This document shows, in pieces, positions 1-10,244 of a stretch of DNA of 64,000 bases. Below the pieces are notes generated by a model. That model saw only the letters and a list, made by a program, of their open reading frames with translations. It had not been told where the DNA came from and made no database searches. The stretch covers positions 331,146 to 395,145 of the forward strand of contig MFEY01000007.1 of NCBI GenBank assembly GCA_001780035.1, in the 5' to 3' direction. The number at the start of each line of letters is the position of its first letter. The stretch's first letter is position 1. The DNA is from Candidatus Doudnabacteria bacterium RIFCSPHIGHO2_12_FULL_48_16. Its GTDB lineage: Bacteria > Patescibacteriota > Doudnabacteria > UBA920 > O2-02-FULL-48-8. A program made the translations under genes and the position numbers.

Positions 1-56
1 GCTTGGGCCAGACGCTGGATCAGGGTTTGTAAAATATTATTCGACGGGTTATTCAT
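1..56 (-). CDS. hypothetical protein, N-terminal fragment (gene runs off left edge)
   Basis: ATG at 56-54 on minus strand opens a frame reading MNNPSNNILQTLIQRLAQ to the window edge; no motif, no clear SD. Confidence 0.25.
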   Translation of the reverse strand, partial: MNNPSNNILQTLIQRLAQ

Positions 57-121
57 ATTTGAAATAATCATAGTAATATAGTAGATTTTACTTCTTAAGT
101 CAACCTCGTTAAAATGACTCT

Positions 122-541
122 ATGGCCAGTTACAAAAACCTCGACCTAAAACAGCTCCACCGCCTGGCGGCCGCCCTGGCTCTAACGCTTAAGGGCCGTG
201 GCGCCACCATCGGCCTAACCGGAACCTTGGGCGCGGGCAAAACAACCTTTGTCCAAGGCTTTGCCAAAGCTCTGGGGATCAAAAAAATTTCCAGCCCGAC
301 ATTTGTGATTCGGCACGATCACCGGGCCAGACGATCCAATCTTTATCATCTGGATTTTTACCGGCTGACCAAAGCCAGCCAGCTTAAAAATTTGGGACTC
401 ATGGAACTGTTGGGCCGGAACAATTTGATTCTGATTGAGTGGGTGGAAAAATTTTCGAAAATTGAAAAGCTCTGCGACATTGTTGTTACGTTTAAGATTA
501 AACCCGGAAACGTCCGTGACATTACCATCAAAGCTAATTAA
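122..541 (+). CDS. tsaE: tRNA t6A37 biosynthesis ATPase TsaE (YjeE family)
   Basis: 139 aa; P-loop GTLGAGKTTF and length/sequence typical of TsaE. Confidence 0.85.
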   Translation: MASYKNLDLKQLHRLAAALALTLKGRGATIGLTGTLGAGKTTFVQGFAKALGIKKISSPTFVIRHDHRARRSNLYHLDFYRLTKASQLKNLGLMELLGRNNLILIEWVEKFSKIEKLCDIVVTFKIKPGNVRDITIKAN

Positions 542-1664
542 AGCCTGTTTGATCGCCGCACCCCTGTTTTTGGCGCCGATGTTTGCCCATGCCGCAACTT
601 TTGCCTTCAACAATCAAACCTGGGAGATTGCGGTCCAGGTCGACAACTACACGCCACAGCTTTTGACCCGCAATGACGGGGATCTGGCAATTTTGGCGCG
701 GGCCGTTTTGTTTGGGCAGACCAATTTGCCAACAGCCGGTCTATTTGCCCCCACCACCATTAAGGAAGTCATGAAACTCCCTGCCCAAATCAACCAGCAG
801 TCGGCCGGGGCCGAGCTGACGATTGAAAATAAACGGGCCACGCACTTTATCCCCGGACAAAACGGACAAGCGCTCGATCTCTATGCTCTGCGCCAGCAAC
901 TGCTCGCCGACGGGTCCCAGCCGCTGCCGGTCCTGATTTCGGAGCCAACTGTTAAGCTTGCCAGCACCAATATCCTTGGAATTAATGAACTCGTGGCGAT
1001 CGGCGAATCAAACTTCAGCGGCTCACCCAGAAACCGTATCCACAATATCGCCGTGGGCGCAGACAAATTTGACGGTTTGATTGTGGCGCCGGGGCAAGAA
1101 TTCTCATTCAATAAATATCTGGGCGACGTCGACGCGGAACACGGGTTCCTGCCGGAGCTGGTGATTAAACCGGGAGGGGTGACGCCGGAATTCGGCGGCG
1201 GGCTGTGCCAGGTCTCTTCCACCACCTTCCGCGCGGCCATGAATGCCGGCCTGCCGATCACCGCTAGGCGCAATCATTCATTCGCCGTCCAATACTATGC
1301 GCCCCAAGGCACCGATGCCACAATTTACCCCGGCTCGGCGGACTTAAAATTCATCAATGACCTGCCCACTAGCCTGCTGATCCACACCAAAATTGTAGGC
1401 CGCAAACTTTATTTTGAATTTTATGGTACCAAGGACAGCCGGACCATAACCTTTGACGGCCCCACACAATATGACAAAAAACCTGACGGCTCCATGAAAG
1501 CAACCTGGACCAAACATGTCACCAAAAACGGCCAGCTCGTCACCCAAGTCTTCAAAAGCACCTATCTGCCGCCTGCGCTGTTCCACCGTGACGCAGTCGA
1601 ACAACCCTCCACCCCCAACCCGGAAACGCCGACCACCCCTATCACCCCACCATTAACCCAATAA
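435..1664 (+). CDS. VanW domain-containing secreted protein
   Basis: GGGLCQVSSTTFRAAMNAGLPI core typical of VanW; signal-like LIAAPLFLAPMFAHA; tracked start overlaps tsaE, real start probably near 534-579. Confidence 0.75.
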   Translation: MSGWKNFRKLKSSATLLLRLRLNPETSVTLPSKLIKACLIAAPLFLAPMFAHAATFAFNNQTWEIAVQVDNYTPQLLTRNDGDLAILARAVLFGQTNLPTAGLFAPTTIKEVMKLPAQINQQSAGAELTIENKRATHFIPGQNGQALDLYALRQQLLADGSQPLPVLISEPTVKLASTNILGINELVAIGESNFSGSPRNRIHNIAVGADKFDGLIVAPGQEFSFNKYLGDVDAEHGFLPELVIKPGGVTPEFGGGLCQVSSTTFRAAMNAGLPITARRNHSFAVQYYAPQGTDATIYPGSADLKFINDLPTSLLIHTKIVGRKLYFEFYGTKDSRTITFDGPTQYDKKPDGSMKATWTKHVTKNGQLVTQVFKSTYLPPALFHRDAVEQPSTPNPETPTTPITPPLTQ

Positions 1665-1666
1665 CC

Positions 1667-2908
1667 ATGTTTACTTTTCACCCCGATCAAAAAATACTCA
1701 ACCGCTACGCGCAAGTTCTCGTCCGGTTTGCCCTCGGTGGCGGGAAGGGCATCAAACGCGGAGAAGTCGTCCGCGTCAGCGCCAACGAATCAGCCCGGCC
1801 GCTATTTTTGGCTGTGTGCAACGCTGTCGTCGACGCGGGTGGCCATGTCATCTCCCACTACGCGCCGGATGATGAACAAGGCGACAAGCGCCGCAATGAA
1901 AGCTATACCCGATATTTTTATGAACAAGCGGAACAGCATCAATTGGATTTTTTTCCGGACAAATATCTTAAAGGTTTGATGAACCAGATGGATCACTCAA
2001 TCTTCCTGCTCTCAACCAATGATCCCCATGCCCTCCGGGGAGTGGACCCGAAAAAAATTATGCGTCGTGGCGTCGCCCTCAAACCGTTTATGGATTGGCG
2101 AAATGAAAAAGAGTGGGCCGGGAAATTTACTTGGACCATTGCCTTGTATGGCACGGCCGCCATGGCCGCCGAAGCCGGGCTGTCAGAAAAAGCATATTGG
2201 AATCAAATCATCAAGGCGTGCTTCCTGGATCACCCCAATCCGGTCGCGAAATGGAAACAAATTTACCGCGAATTAGAAAAATATCGAACCAAGCTCAACA
2301 AGCTCGCACCCCAGACCGAATCGCTCCACGCGGTGGGGCCAGATATGGATTTATGGGTCAAGCTGGGCGAGAAACGCCAGTGGCTCGGCGGCAGCGGGCG
2401 CAATATTCCCAGTTTTGAGCTCTTTACTTCGCCGGATTGGCGCGGCACCGAGGGCTGGATTCGCTTCAACCAACCCCTCTATCGCTATAGCAATAAAATT
2501 ACCGGCATCCAACTGTGGTTTAAAAACGGCCGGGTGGTGAAAAGCTCCGCCAAGTCGAATGAAAAATTGTTAAAACAAATGATCGCGACTCCGGGCGCAG
2601 ACCGGATTGGTGAATACTCTTTGACTGACCGGCGGTTTTCCCGCATCACCAAATTTATGGCGGAAACCCTCTTCGATGAAAATATGGGCGGTCCTCAAGG
2701 CAACACCCACCTCGCTCTCGGCATGTCCTATCGGGACACCTATGCCGGCGACGCCGCGAAGCTGACCAAAAAACAAGCTCTGGCGCTGGGATTTAACGAC
2801 TCCTCGGTGCATACGGATATCATCTCCACCACCCCTCGTGTTGTCACCGCGCACCTCAAAAACGGCTCCCGCAAAATTATTTACGCCAATGGCCAATTTG
2901 TCTTGTAA
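1667..2908 (+). CDS. aminopeptidase, M29 (AmpS/PepS) family
   Basis: 413 aa; IPSFELFTSPD, IGEYSLTD, ETLFDENMGG, THLALG, SVHTDII motifs as in thermophilic metalloprotease M29. Confidence 0.8.
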   Translation: MFTFHPDQKILNRYAQVLVRFALGGGKGIKRGEVVRVSANESARPLFLAVCNAVVDAGGHVISHYAPDDEQGDKRRNESYTRYFYEQAEQHQLDFFPDKYLKGLMNQMDHSIFLLSTNDPHALRGVDPKKIMRRGVALKPFMDWRNEKEWAGKFTWTIALYGTAAMAAEAGLSEKAYWNQIIKACFLDHPNPVAKWKQIYRELEKYRTKLNKLAPQTESLHAVGPDMDLWVKLGEKRQWLGGSGRNIPSFELFTSPDWRGTEGWIRFNQPLYRYSNKITGIQLWFKNGRVVKSSAKSNEKLLKQMIATPGADRIGEYSLTDRRFSRITKFMAETLFDENMGGPQGNTHLALGMSYRDTYAGDAAKLTKKQALALGFNDSSVHTDIISTTPRVVTAHLKNGSRKIIYANGQFVL

Positions 2909-2943
2909 TTACCAGGCACGAGGACTAGTGCTATACTTAAATC

Positions 2944-3981
2944 ATGATTGAAACCAACGAAATAGAAACTGATATTATAAATCCCGTCTCAATGCCTGAC
3001 GAGAGCTTGTTTGAGGCAACTCTACGGCCCCAGAAACTCGCCGAATATGTGGGCCAGGAAAAAATCAAGGAAAATCTAAAAATTTTGATTGACGCTGCCC
3101 GCGGTCGCAAAGAAACTCTAGAGCATATTTTATTCTACGGCCCCCCAGGCTTGGGCAAAACCACGCTGGCCCACATCATCGGCCGGGAAGTCGGCGTCAA
3201 TGTCAAAGTCACCTCCGGCCCGGCCATCGAAAAAGCCGGAGATCTGGCCTCAATCCTGACCAATTTGGCGGAAAATGATATTTTGTTCATCGACGAAATC
3301 CACCGCCTGAACAAAACCGTGGAAGAAATTTTGTATCCCGCCATGGAAGATTATTGCCTCGACATTGTCCTCGGTAAGGGCGCGGGGGCGAAAGCAGTTC
3401 GCCTCGACATGCCCAAATTTACCCTGATTGGGGCGACCACCCGGATCGGCCTGCTGACCGGCCCGTTCCGCGACCGGTTCGGCATGACTTACCGCCTGGA
3501 TTATTACGAGGAACCGGAGATCGAGAGAATTATCGGCCGGGCCGCCAAAATTTTAAATATCGGCATTGATGACCCCGGCAAAAAAGAAATCGCCAAGCGC
3601 TCCCGCCGCACGCCGCGCATCGCCAACCGGCTGCTGAAGCGCGTGCGGGATTTTGCCCAGGTCAAAGCCGCAGGCAAGATTACCGAAGACATCGCCCATC
3701 AAGCCCTGTCCATGATGGAAGTGGATGAATTGGGTCTGGATCAAAACGACCGGCGGATTTTGGAAGCCTTGATCGAAAAATTCGGCGGCGGCCCCACCGG
3801 CATCTCATCCATCGCCGCGGCCACGTCGGAAGACCAAGGCACGATCGAAGATATTTACGAACCCTACCTACTCCGCTTGGGCCTGATTGAGCGCACCCCC
3901 AAGGGCCGGGTCGCCACCCCTGCCGCTTACGATCATCTCAAAAAACCGGTCAAGAAACCGGCCGGGCAAACTCTTTTATAA
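2944..3981 (+). CDS. ruvB: Holliday junction branch migration helicase RuvB
   Basis: 345 aa; Walker [10 protein letters not shown], Walker [11 protein letters not shown], full-length RuvB-like. Confidence 0.95.
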   Translation: MIETNEIETDIINPVSMPDESLFEATLRPQKLAEYVGQEKIKENLKILIDAARGRKETLEHILFYGPPGLGKTTLAHIIGREVGVNVKVTSGPAIEKAGDLASILTNLAENDILFIDEIHRLNKTVEEILYPAMEDYCLDIVLGKGAGAKAVRLDMPKFTLIGATTRIGLLTGPFRDRFGMTYRLDYYEEPEIERIIGRAAKILNIGIDDPGKKEIAKRSRRTPRIANRLLKRVRDFAQVKAAGKITEDIAHQALSMMEVDELGLDQNDRRILEALIEKFGGGPTGISSIAAATSEDQGTIEDIYEPYLLRLGLIERTPKGRVATPAAYDHLKKPVKKPAGQTLL

Positions 3982-3988
3982 ATTTCTT

Positions 3989-4216
3989 ATGACTCCTGAC
4001 ATTTACCAACCCACCACTCTCGGCCATACGATTTTGGCTTTGGCGTTTTACGTTTTGATGGCTGGGTTTGTGATTTACAGCCTCGTGGCGCTTTATTCGC
4101 TGCTGCGGTTTGGTCGCTCCATGATTCTTGCCATTATCGTCGCGCTGCTCTACCTAATTATCTCGGCCAGCCTCTACGCGGCGGCCGTCGGCAATCTTAA
4201 CGGCATTAAGTTTTAG
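3989..4216 (+). CDS. small membrane protein (2 TM), unknown function
   Basis: ATG at 3989 just after ruvB stop; hydrophobic segments; tracked ORF start 3887 lies inside ruvB. Confidence 0.5.
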   Translation: MTPDIYQPTTLGHTILALAFYVLMAGFVIYSLVALYSLLRFGRSMILAIIVALLYLIISASLYAAAVGNLNGIKF

Positions 4217-4222
4217 AATCCT

Positions 4223-4792
4223 ATGTATTGGCCGAAGTTCAAACGAACCATTATGTTTCCGGGGCAGCAAGCCGACGAAGAAGTGCTGCTCGTGGTACGC
4301 GAGCACTGGCTGGTTTTTCTAACCAAGCTGCTGGCTTGGCTGATGTTCGCCGCTTTTTTAATGCTCGGTGATTGGGCGATCAATGTTTACGCCCCGGTCC
4401 TTAATACCGCCCCTTATCTTGGCTACGTCAATCTGCTTAAAAGCATCTACTTGATGTTTCTCGTACTCGGCCTGCTAATCCTCTGGGTCATGTATTATCT
4501 CAATATTCAGATTGTGACCAACCAGCGAATCGTGGATATTACCCAGCGCTCGCTCATCCACCATACGATTTCGGAATTGCATCTGAGCCGGATCGAGGAT
4601 GTGACGGCGGAAGTTTCCGGCATCTTTGGCACCTTCCTCGACTACGGCAACGTCTACATCCAGACCGCGGGCGAAACCGAACGGTTTACCTTTAACAAAG
4701 TCCCCAACCCGCAGCGGATCGAAAAAATGATCCTCGATCTTTACGAACAGCTGCCGGAAGACCTCAGGGGCCACCCCCACGAAAAAAAATAA
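4223..4792 (+). CDS. membrane protein with bacterial PH (bPH_2/YdbS-like) domain
   Basis: two TM helices followed by a segment resembling PF03703 PH domains. Confidence 0.6.
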   Translation: MYWPKFKRTIMFPGQQADEEVLLVVREHWLVFLTKLLAWLMFAAFLMLGDWAINVYAPVLNTAPYLGYVNLLKSIYLMFLVLGLLILWVMYYLNIQIVTNQRIVDITQRSLIHHTISELHLSRIEDVTAEVSGIFGTFLDYGNVYIQTAGETERFTFNKVPNPQRIEKMILDLYEQLPEDLRGHPHEKK

Positions 4793-4797
4793 AAAAC

Positions 4798-4818
4798 AAA
4801 CCGCCTCAACGGCGGTTT
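4798..4818. terminator. bidirectional intrinsic terminator
   Basis: AAACCGCC-TCAAC-GGCGGTTT hairpin with A-run upstream and T-run downstream between convergent genes. Confidence 0.7.
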
Positions 4819-5882
4819 TATTTTAGCTGGTTATTTTCAACCTTAAAGATCTGCACATCCTTGGCGAGTTTTGGCAAATGATGTTCTTCCGTAGTTGTGA
4901 TAAAAATTTGATGGCCGGTTAACGTTTCCAGCAATTTCGTCCGGCGAATTTCATCGAGTTCGGAAAACACATCGTCCAGTAGGATGACCGGCTTACTCTC
5001 ACCATTCGTTAAATATTCGGCCTGCAGTAACTTGAGTGCCAAAATCTGGGCGCGCAATTCGCCGCGGGAGGAATTATAAATATTCAGTTCCCCATTTTTT
5101 TTGATCAAAAAATCATCCCGATGCGGGCCCAGCAAATTTTTACCAGCCCGGATTTCCGCCGGCTCCAACCGGCCCAGTTCCGCCAAAAATTCATTCTCGT
5201 TCGCGAACCGGTTAGCGCTTACAAATTCAATCTGATATATATGATCAAAGTTGGTGAGGTCACGGTTGACCTGATTAAAGCGGCGGTTCAAAAACCCGAT
5301 CAGTTCTGTGCGCTTGACCCAAATAGTTAGGGCTGTTTTGGCCAATTCCAGGTTCCAATAATCAAGCTCGCTCCTTTGACCCTCCCCGCGCCCCAGCAGC
5401 TGCAGGAGCGCTCCACGCTGCTTCAAGACATGCTCTAGCGAAGACAGACTCAGCACATACAGGGAGTCCCGCTGGCCGAGCACCTCGTCCAGATATTTGC
5501 GGCGGAAGACGGGACCCAAAATGAACAAATTCAAATCATTGGGGACGAACAGCACGGTAGCGAAAGTTTGCCACAAGCTCCGTTTCGTTTTTTGGCCATC
5601 GAGTTTAAATGAGCGCTTAACCAAACCGGACTTTTGGACCACGGTTTCCATCTGCCGGTTGCCCGCTCGGCCCTGGAGAGCAAAATAATCTTCCCGGTGG
5701 TTGATCAGCAGCTCATCCGGAGCGCGGAATGACCTGAGGCGCGACAAAAAATAAATGCTTTCGAGCAGGTTGGTCTTGCCGGACGCATTGGCTCCCAATA
5801 TCAAAACGAGGTCAGAGTTGAAACTGACCTCAAGGTTTTGATAGTTACGGAAATTTTTTAAAACCAGATTGGTTAATCTCAT
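4818..5882 (-). CDS. recF: DNA replication and repair protein RecF
   Basis: 354 aa; N-terminal LVLKNFRNY...GANASGKTNLLE P-loop; position after dnaN. Confidence 0.93.
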   Translation of the reverse strand: MRLTNLVLKNFRNYQNLEVSFNSDLVLILGANASGKTNLLESIYFLSRLRSFRAPDELLINHREDYFALQGRAGNRQMETVVQKSGLVKRSFKLDGQKTKRSLWQTFATVLFVPNDLNLFILGPVFRRKYLDEVLGQRDSLYVLSLSSLEHVLKQRGALLQLLGRGEGQRSELDYWNLELAKTALTIWVKRTELIGFLNRRFNQVNRDLTNFDHIYQIEFVSANRFANENEFLAELGRLEPAEIRAGKNLLGPHRDDFLIKKNGELNIYNSSRGELRAQILALKLLQAEYLTNGESKPVILLDDVFSELDEIRRTKLLETLTGHQIFITTTEEHHLPKLAKDVQIFKVENNQLK

Positions 5883-6983
5883 TTACAGTTTAATCGGCAT
5901 CACGATATACAAATAATTATCGCGCTTAATCGGCACAATCGCCGCCGGCGAGGAATCATTAATCATTTTGAAAATCACACCTTCCTCGGACAGGTTATTA
6001 AGACAATCCAGCAGATAGCGGAAATTAAAAACAGCGGAGTTGTCGCCCCCGGTAACTTTGGCCTTAACCTGCGTGGTATTTTCGCCGGCGGCCATGGAGG
6101 AGGCGGTGACGGTCAGACCGCTGTCCGGCCGAACTTCGATCGTGATGTTGTTCGAGTCCGGAGCAAACAAGGCTGTGGCTTTTAACGCATGTAGCAGGTC
6201 TTCGCGGGGGACTTCCACCATGGTTTTAAATTCTTTGGGAATAATCTGCCGGTAATCCGGGTATTGGCCGTCGATCAGGCGCGAGATTAGTTCAGTATCA
6301 TCAAATTTGAATAGGACTTGGGATTCGGAAAAATAAATTTCCACCACGCCTTTGCCTAGCCCCAAAATCTTATATAGCTCGCCAACCGTGCGGGCCGGGA
6401 TGATAACCTCTTTCTGGCTGCGGGCCGGCTCCAGGAGAGTTGCGGTACGCTCAGCCAACCGATACCGGTCAGTGGTCGCAATCCGGACGCGATCATTCTC
6501 AAAAGCCATGAATACGCCGGAAATTTCCGGTTGGGTTTCGTTGGCGGCAGCAGCCCAGGCGGTTTCGGACAAGGCGTTTTTGAGCTCCTGACTGTCGATT
6601 TTGGCCAACGGCTCTTCGGTCACCTGCGGGATCAGCGGAAAATCTTCAGATGAAAGGCCTTTGATACTGGTGTGGTAGTTCTCCGATTCCAGCTTCAGGG
6701 TATTGTTTTCTGTCGTTTCGATCTCAACTTTCTCGGTCGGCAGGTTATTAATATATTCATTAATAATCCGGGCTGGCACGGTGATCGCGCCCTCTTCTTC
6801 AATTTTGCCGCCGACCCAAGTGTTAACCCCAATTTCCAGATTGGTCGAAGACAGTTTAACCCGGCCCTCATCTGTTTTTATTAAAATATTATTCAAAACC
6901 TGAAGCGGATTACCAGATCCGACAATCCGGCTAACCGCAAATAAACCTTTCTTTAAATTATCCCGCGTGCAAGTTATTTTCAT
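5883..6983 (-). CDS. dnaN: DNA polymerase III beta sliding clamp
   Basis: MKITCTRDNLKKGL start at 6983 (M43 of tracked ORF); full-length DnaN-like; between dnaA and recF. Confidence 0.93.
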   Translation of the reverse strand: MKITCTRDNLKKGLFAVSRIVGSGNPLQVLNNILIKTDEGRVKLSSTNLEIGVNTWVGGKIEEEGAITVPARIINEYINNLPTEKVEIETTENNTLKLESENYHTSIKGLSSEDFPLIPQVTEEPLAKIDSQELKNALSETAWAAAANETQPEISGVFMAFENDRVRIATTDRYRLAERTATLLEPARSQKEVIIPARTVGELYKILGLGKGVVEIYFSESQVLFKFDDTELISRLIDGQYPDYRQIIPKEFKTMVEVPREDLLHALKATALFAPDSNNITIEVRPDSGLTVTASSMAAGENTTQVKAKVTGGDNSAVFNFRYLLDCLNNLSEEGVIFKMINDSSPAAIVPIKRDNYLYIVMPIKL

Positions 6984-7199
6984 AAAGAGTTTATAAAAAC
7001 AATAATGATAATAGAAGTTGTGGTTTTGTGTAAAAGATTTATTTATCCGATTTTTGTTCGAGGTATTTGGTTTAAAAAATTTAACGAACTGTCTGTAAGC
7101 TGTGAACAAGATTCTGACAAGTTTTGTTTTTGGAAACTAAATATTTTTTTATTCAATTTCCTCCACAGCTTATTTGTTCTTACCCACAACATTTGAACA
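6984..7199. promoter_or_regulatory. dnaA-dnaN intergenic region with DnaA-box-like 9-mers (possible origin half)
   Basis: TTACCCACA 7180-7188 (8/9 to TTATCCACA), TCCTCCACA 7159-7167 (7/9), TGTGAACAA 7101-7109 (7/9 on minus strand); AT-rich. Confidence 0.5.
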
Positions 7200-8537
7200 T
7201 CATATCAGATACAACCGGTCGCGGATTAAATCAATTTCCTGTTTGGTTGAACTTTTTTCTTTAATGATCCTCTCAATTTTATCAATCGCATGGATAACCG
7301 TGGTGTGGTCGCGCCCGCCAAACAAATCGCCGATCGACGGCAGGGAGGTTTCCAGTTCCTTGCGGATAATATACATGGCAATCTGGCGCGGGTTGACGTA
7401 TTCTTTCTTGCGGGATTGTTTGACCATATCATCGGTGGTGACGTTGTAAAAATCCGCCACCGCCTCAATGATTTTTTTGGCGGAAACCCCGCGTTTTTTG
7501 GGCGGGGTGATGACATTGACCAAAACACCCTTGACTTGATCGAGCGTTGGTTTGGTGTTGTTGAGCTGGCAATAAACCATCAGGCGGTTAAGCGCCCCTT
7601 CCAGTTCGCGGATATTGCTTTGGATGTTTTCGGCAATGTAATTGAGCACATCCGGATCGATATTGTAGTTTTTCTCCCGGGCTTTGGTTTTCAAAATCGC
7701 CAACCGGGTTTCCAGATCCGGTGATTGGATATCTGCAATCATCCCCCACTCAAACCGCGAGACCAGCCGCTCTTCGATGGCTGGAATTTCCTTGGGCAGC
7801 CGGTCGGAAGTCATGACCACCTGCTTGTTGTTCTGGTGCAGGGCATTGAAGGTATGAAAAAACTCTTCCTGGGTCCCTTCCCGGCCGGCCAGAAACTGAA
7901 TATCGTCCACCAGCAAGACGTCCACGTTGCGATAAGTGGACTTGAACTGGTCGGCGCGCCCTTGGGACAGGGCGGTCACAAAGTCGTTAGTGAATCGCTC
8001 AGAGGTAACATATAAGATTTTGGCTTCCGGCTCGCGCTTTAACACTTCTGCCCCAACCGCTTGCATCAAATGGGTTTTGCCCAGGCCGACGCCGCCGTAA
8101 ATGAAAAGCGGATTATAGACTGAGCCCGGTTTTTTGCTGACGGCCAGGCTGGCCGCGTGCGCGAGTTGGTTGTGGGACCCAACGATAAAGGTATTAAAGA
8201 CGTATTTGGGGTTGAGAGTTTGATTTTCGGCCCGTCGGGGAGCCACACGCGATGCTTCCCGGGACATGGATGGAGTAGTGGGGGCCGGGAAATTGTTGGC
8301 GATCTGGTATTTAATTTCTTTGATTTCCGGCAGGAGGGTTTTGGCGGCCCTGAGGATTTCGGGATTATATTTGTTCTGCAGCCATTCCTTGGTGAAGGCA
8401 TTGGGAACGCCAACAATCAGGCTGGAGTCTGCTTTTTCGGTGATGGTGGTGTTCTTGAACCAGGTGGTGAAGTTGGCTTTTGAAAGGGTTAATTCGAGAT
8501 TTCCGAGAATGGCTTGCCAGAGCTGTTGATTAGTCAT
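7200..8537 (-). CDS. dnaA: chromosomal replication initiator DnaA
   Basis: 445 aa; GGVGLGKTHL Walker A, LLVDDIQF Walker B, C-terminal DNA-binding domain. Confidence 0.97.
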   Translation of the reverse strand: MTNQQLWQAILGNLELTLSKANFTTWFKNTTITEKADSSLIVGVPNAFTKEWLQNKYNPEILRAAKTLLPEIKEIKYQIANNFPAPTTPSMSREASRVAPRRAENQTLNPKYVFNTFIVGSHNQLAHAASLAVSKKPGSVYNPLFIYGGVGLGKTHLMQAVGAEVLKREPEAKILYVTSERFTNDFVTALSQGRADQFKSTYRNVDVLLVDDIQFLAGREGTQEEFFHTFNALHQNNKQVVMTSDRLPKEIPAIEERLVSRFEWGMIADIQSPDLETRLAILKTKAREKNYNIDPDVLNYIAENIQSNIRELEGALNRLMVYCQLNNTKPTLDQVKGVLVNVITPPKKRGVSAKKIIEAVADFYNVTTDDMVKQSRKKEYVNPRQIAMYIIRKELETSLPSIGDLFGGRDHTTVIHAIDKIERIIKEKSSTKQEIDLIRDRLYLI

Positions 8538-8749
8538 AAAGGGGATTCTGAATAGGGGCTAAAAGTAAATCTTTACCCATTTTAACAGATAAGTTATCCC
8601 CACGTCCATTGAAATTTTTTGGCTAACTTAAGCTAAAAATATAAGCCATTGTTTATAATATGTGGATTACCGGTGTATTAGTCTCACCTACTCGTCCATT
8701 CGTGACAAAAATTGGAAATTATATTATAATCATGGGGTCATTTTAATGT
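8538..8749. promoter_or_regulatory. candidate oriC segment / divergent promoters between dnaA and rpmH
   Basis: TTATCCCCA 8594-8602 and TGTGGATTA 8661-8669 (reverse complement TAATCCACA), each 8/9 to the DnaA box; AT-rich tract 8700-8730. Confidence 0.55.
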
Positions 8750-8884
8750 ATGCAACCAACTTATAACCCCAAAAAGCTCCATCGCAAACGGGTCCATGGC
8801 TTCCGCAAACGGATGCGCACCGGCAACGGCCGGGCTGTGCTGTCCCGCCGCCGGGCCAAGGGCCGCAAACGCCTGACGGTTTAA
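8750..8884 (+). CDS. rpmH: 50S ribosomal protein L34
   Basis: hand translation [44 protein letters not shown]; too short for the ORF track; stop overlaps rnpA ATG (TAATG). Confidence 0.93.
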   Translation: MQPTYNPKKLHRKRVHGFRKRMRTGNGRAVLSRRRAKGRKRLTV

Positions 8885-9222
8885 TGCCGAAGTTAACTCT
8901 TCTTAAAACTGAAAAAGATTTTTCAGCTTTTCGCAAAAGCCAATCCTATCACTCAAAGCTCCTAACGCTTCGTGTTCACTTTGCGGCAAACCAAAACTTT
9001 CCACGTTTTGGTTTTATTGTCCCCAAAAAGGTTCTGGCCAAAGCCACGGCGCGCAATTTGGTCAAACGCCGGATCAAAAACCTGCTGGTTAAGGTCCAGC
9101 CCCGGCTCAAACCGGCCGACCTGCTGTTCTTCCCGAAAGCCGGCCTGGTCAAGATCAAATTCGGAGAGCTGGAAGAGATCGTGAATAAATTATTTACCGA
9201 CGCGCGATTATGGAAATCCTAA
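8884..9222 (+). CDS. rnpA: ribonuclease P protein component
   Basis: 112 aa basic protein; FGFIVPKKV...ARNLVKRRIK motif; follows rpmH. Confidence 0.9.
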   Translation: MPKLTLLKTEKDFSAFRKSQSYHSKLLTLRVHFAANQNFPRFGFIVPKKVLAKATARNLVKRRIKNLLVKVQPRLKPADLLFFPKAGLVKIKFGELEEIVNKLFTDARLWKS

Positions 9223-9437
9223 AATCTGTCAGCAAATTTTTGGCCCTGCCGCTGGTCGGCCTGGTCGTGGTTTATCAGAAAACACTTTCACCCGACCATG
9301 GACCGCAGCAAATTTTGTATCCGTATGGCTACTGTCAGTTTTATCCGTCCTGTTCGGAGTTTGCCCGGTTAAGTTTATTAAACGACGGCTTGCTGTCCCT
9401 GCCGCAAATAATTAACCGGCTCATTCGCTGCCGCTAA
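9210..9437 (+). CDS. yidD: membrane protein insertion efficiency factor YidD
   Basis: 75 aa; YQKTLSP...CQFYPSCSEFA motif. Confidence 0.88.
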   Translation: MEILKSVSKFLALPLVGLVVVYQKTLSPDHGPQQILYPYGYCQFYPSCSEFARLSLLNDGLLSLPQIINRLIRCR

Positions 9438-9441
9438 ATTT

Positions 9442-10140
9442 ATGTCATATTGGTTTAATTTAATTTTAGTTTATCCCCTGCTCAATCTGTTGGTCTTTTT
9501 TTATCACTATATTCCGGACATCGGGGTGGTGATTATTATTTTGACGGTGCTGACGCGGCTGTTGCTCCTGCCATCGTTTCACAAGCAGCTCAAAAGCCAG
9601 AAAGTCATGAATGAGCTGCAGCCAAGAATGACTGCTCTCAAAGAAAAACATAAGGACGACAAAGAAGCGCACGCTAAGGCCATGATGGAGCTTTACAAGG
9701 AACATAAAGTAAACCCCCTAAGCGCCTGCCTGCCGTTGCTTATTCAGCTGCCGATTTTAATTGCCCTCTACCAGGTCTTTATCCAGAGCCTCAATGGCAC
9801 CCAACTGCACGGTCTGTATTCCTTCATTGCCGATCCGGGCCAAATTAATCCCATGTTTTTGCACTGGATTAACCTCGGGGGCCGCAATGTCGCCATGGCG
9901 ATCGTTGCCGGTTTGCTCCAGTATTTTCAAAGCCGGCTGATGCTGCCCAAGCAGCAGAGCGCCGATACCACGACCAAGATGATGCAATACCAGACGCTCT
10001 ATTTCCTGCCAGCCGTGACGGTTTTTATCGGCATGCGGTTTCCGGCCGGTTTGACCCTCTACTGGATTGTTACCACCCTGTTTGGCATTGCCCAGCAATA
10101 TTATATTTTAAGAAGAGAAGTGCAACCGGTTAAGGTATGA
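9442..10140 (+). CDS. yidC: membrane protein insertase YidC/Oxa1
   Basis: 232 aa polytopic; short YidC type; synteny with yidD and jag. Confidence 0.88.
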   Translation: MSYWFNLILVYPLLNLLVFFYHYIPDIGVVIIILTVLTRLLLLPSFHKQLKSQKVMNELQPRMTALKEKHKDDKEAHAKAMMELYKEHKVNPLSACLPLLIQLPILIALYQVFIQSLNGTQLHGLYSFIADPGQINPMFLHWINLGGRNVAMAIVAGLLQYFQSRLMLPKQQSADTTTKMMQYQTLYFLPAVTVFIGMRFPAGLTLYWIVTTLFGIAQQYYILRREVQPVKV

Positions 10141-10244
10141 ATCCCGTTATAAATTTTGCGTGGTTAACTACTGGCAAAAGCTATATTTTACGGGTTGATA
10201 ATAAAAATTATATATTATATTAACTAATCACTATTTCTAACGGG

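Noticed and set aside
8730-8936. 68-aa minus-strand ORF between dnaA and rnpA
   Set aside because: It is antisense to an unmistakable rpmH (L34) reading frame at 8750-8884 that is too short for the ORF track.
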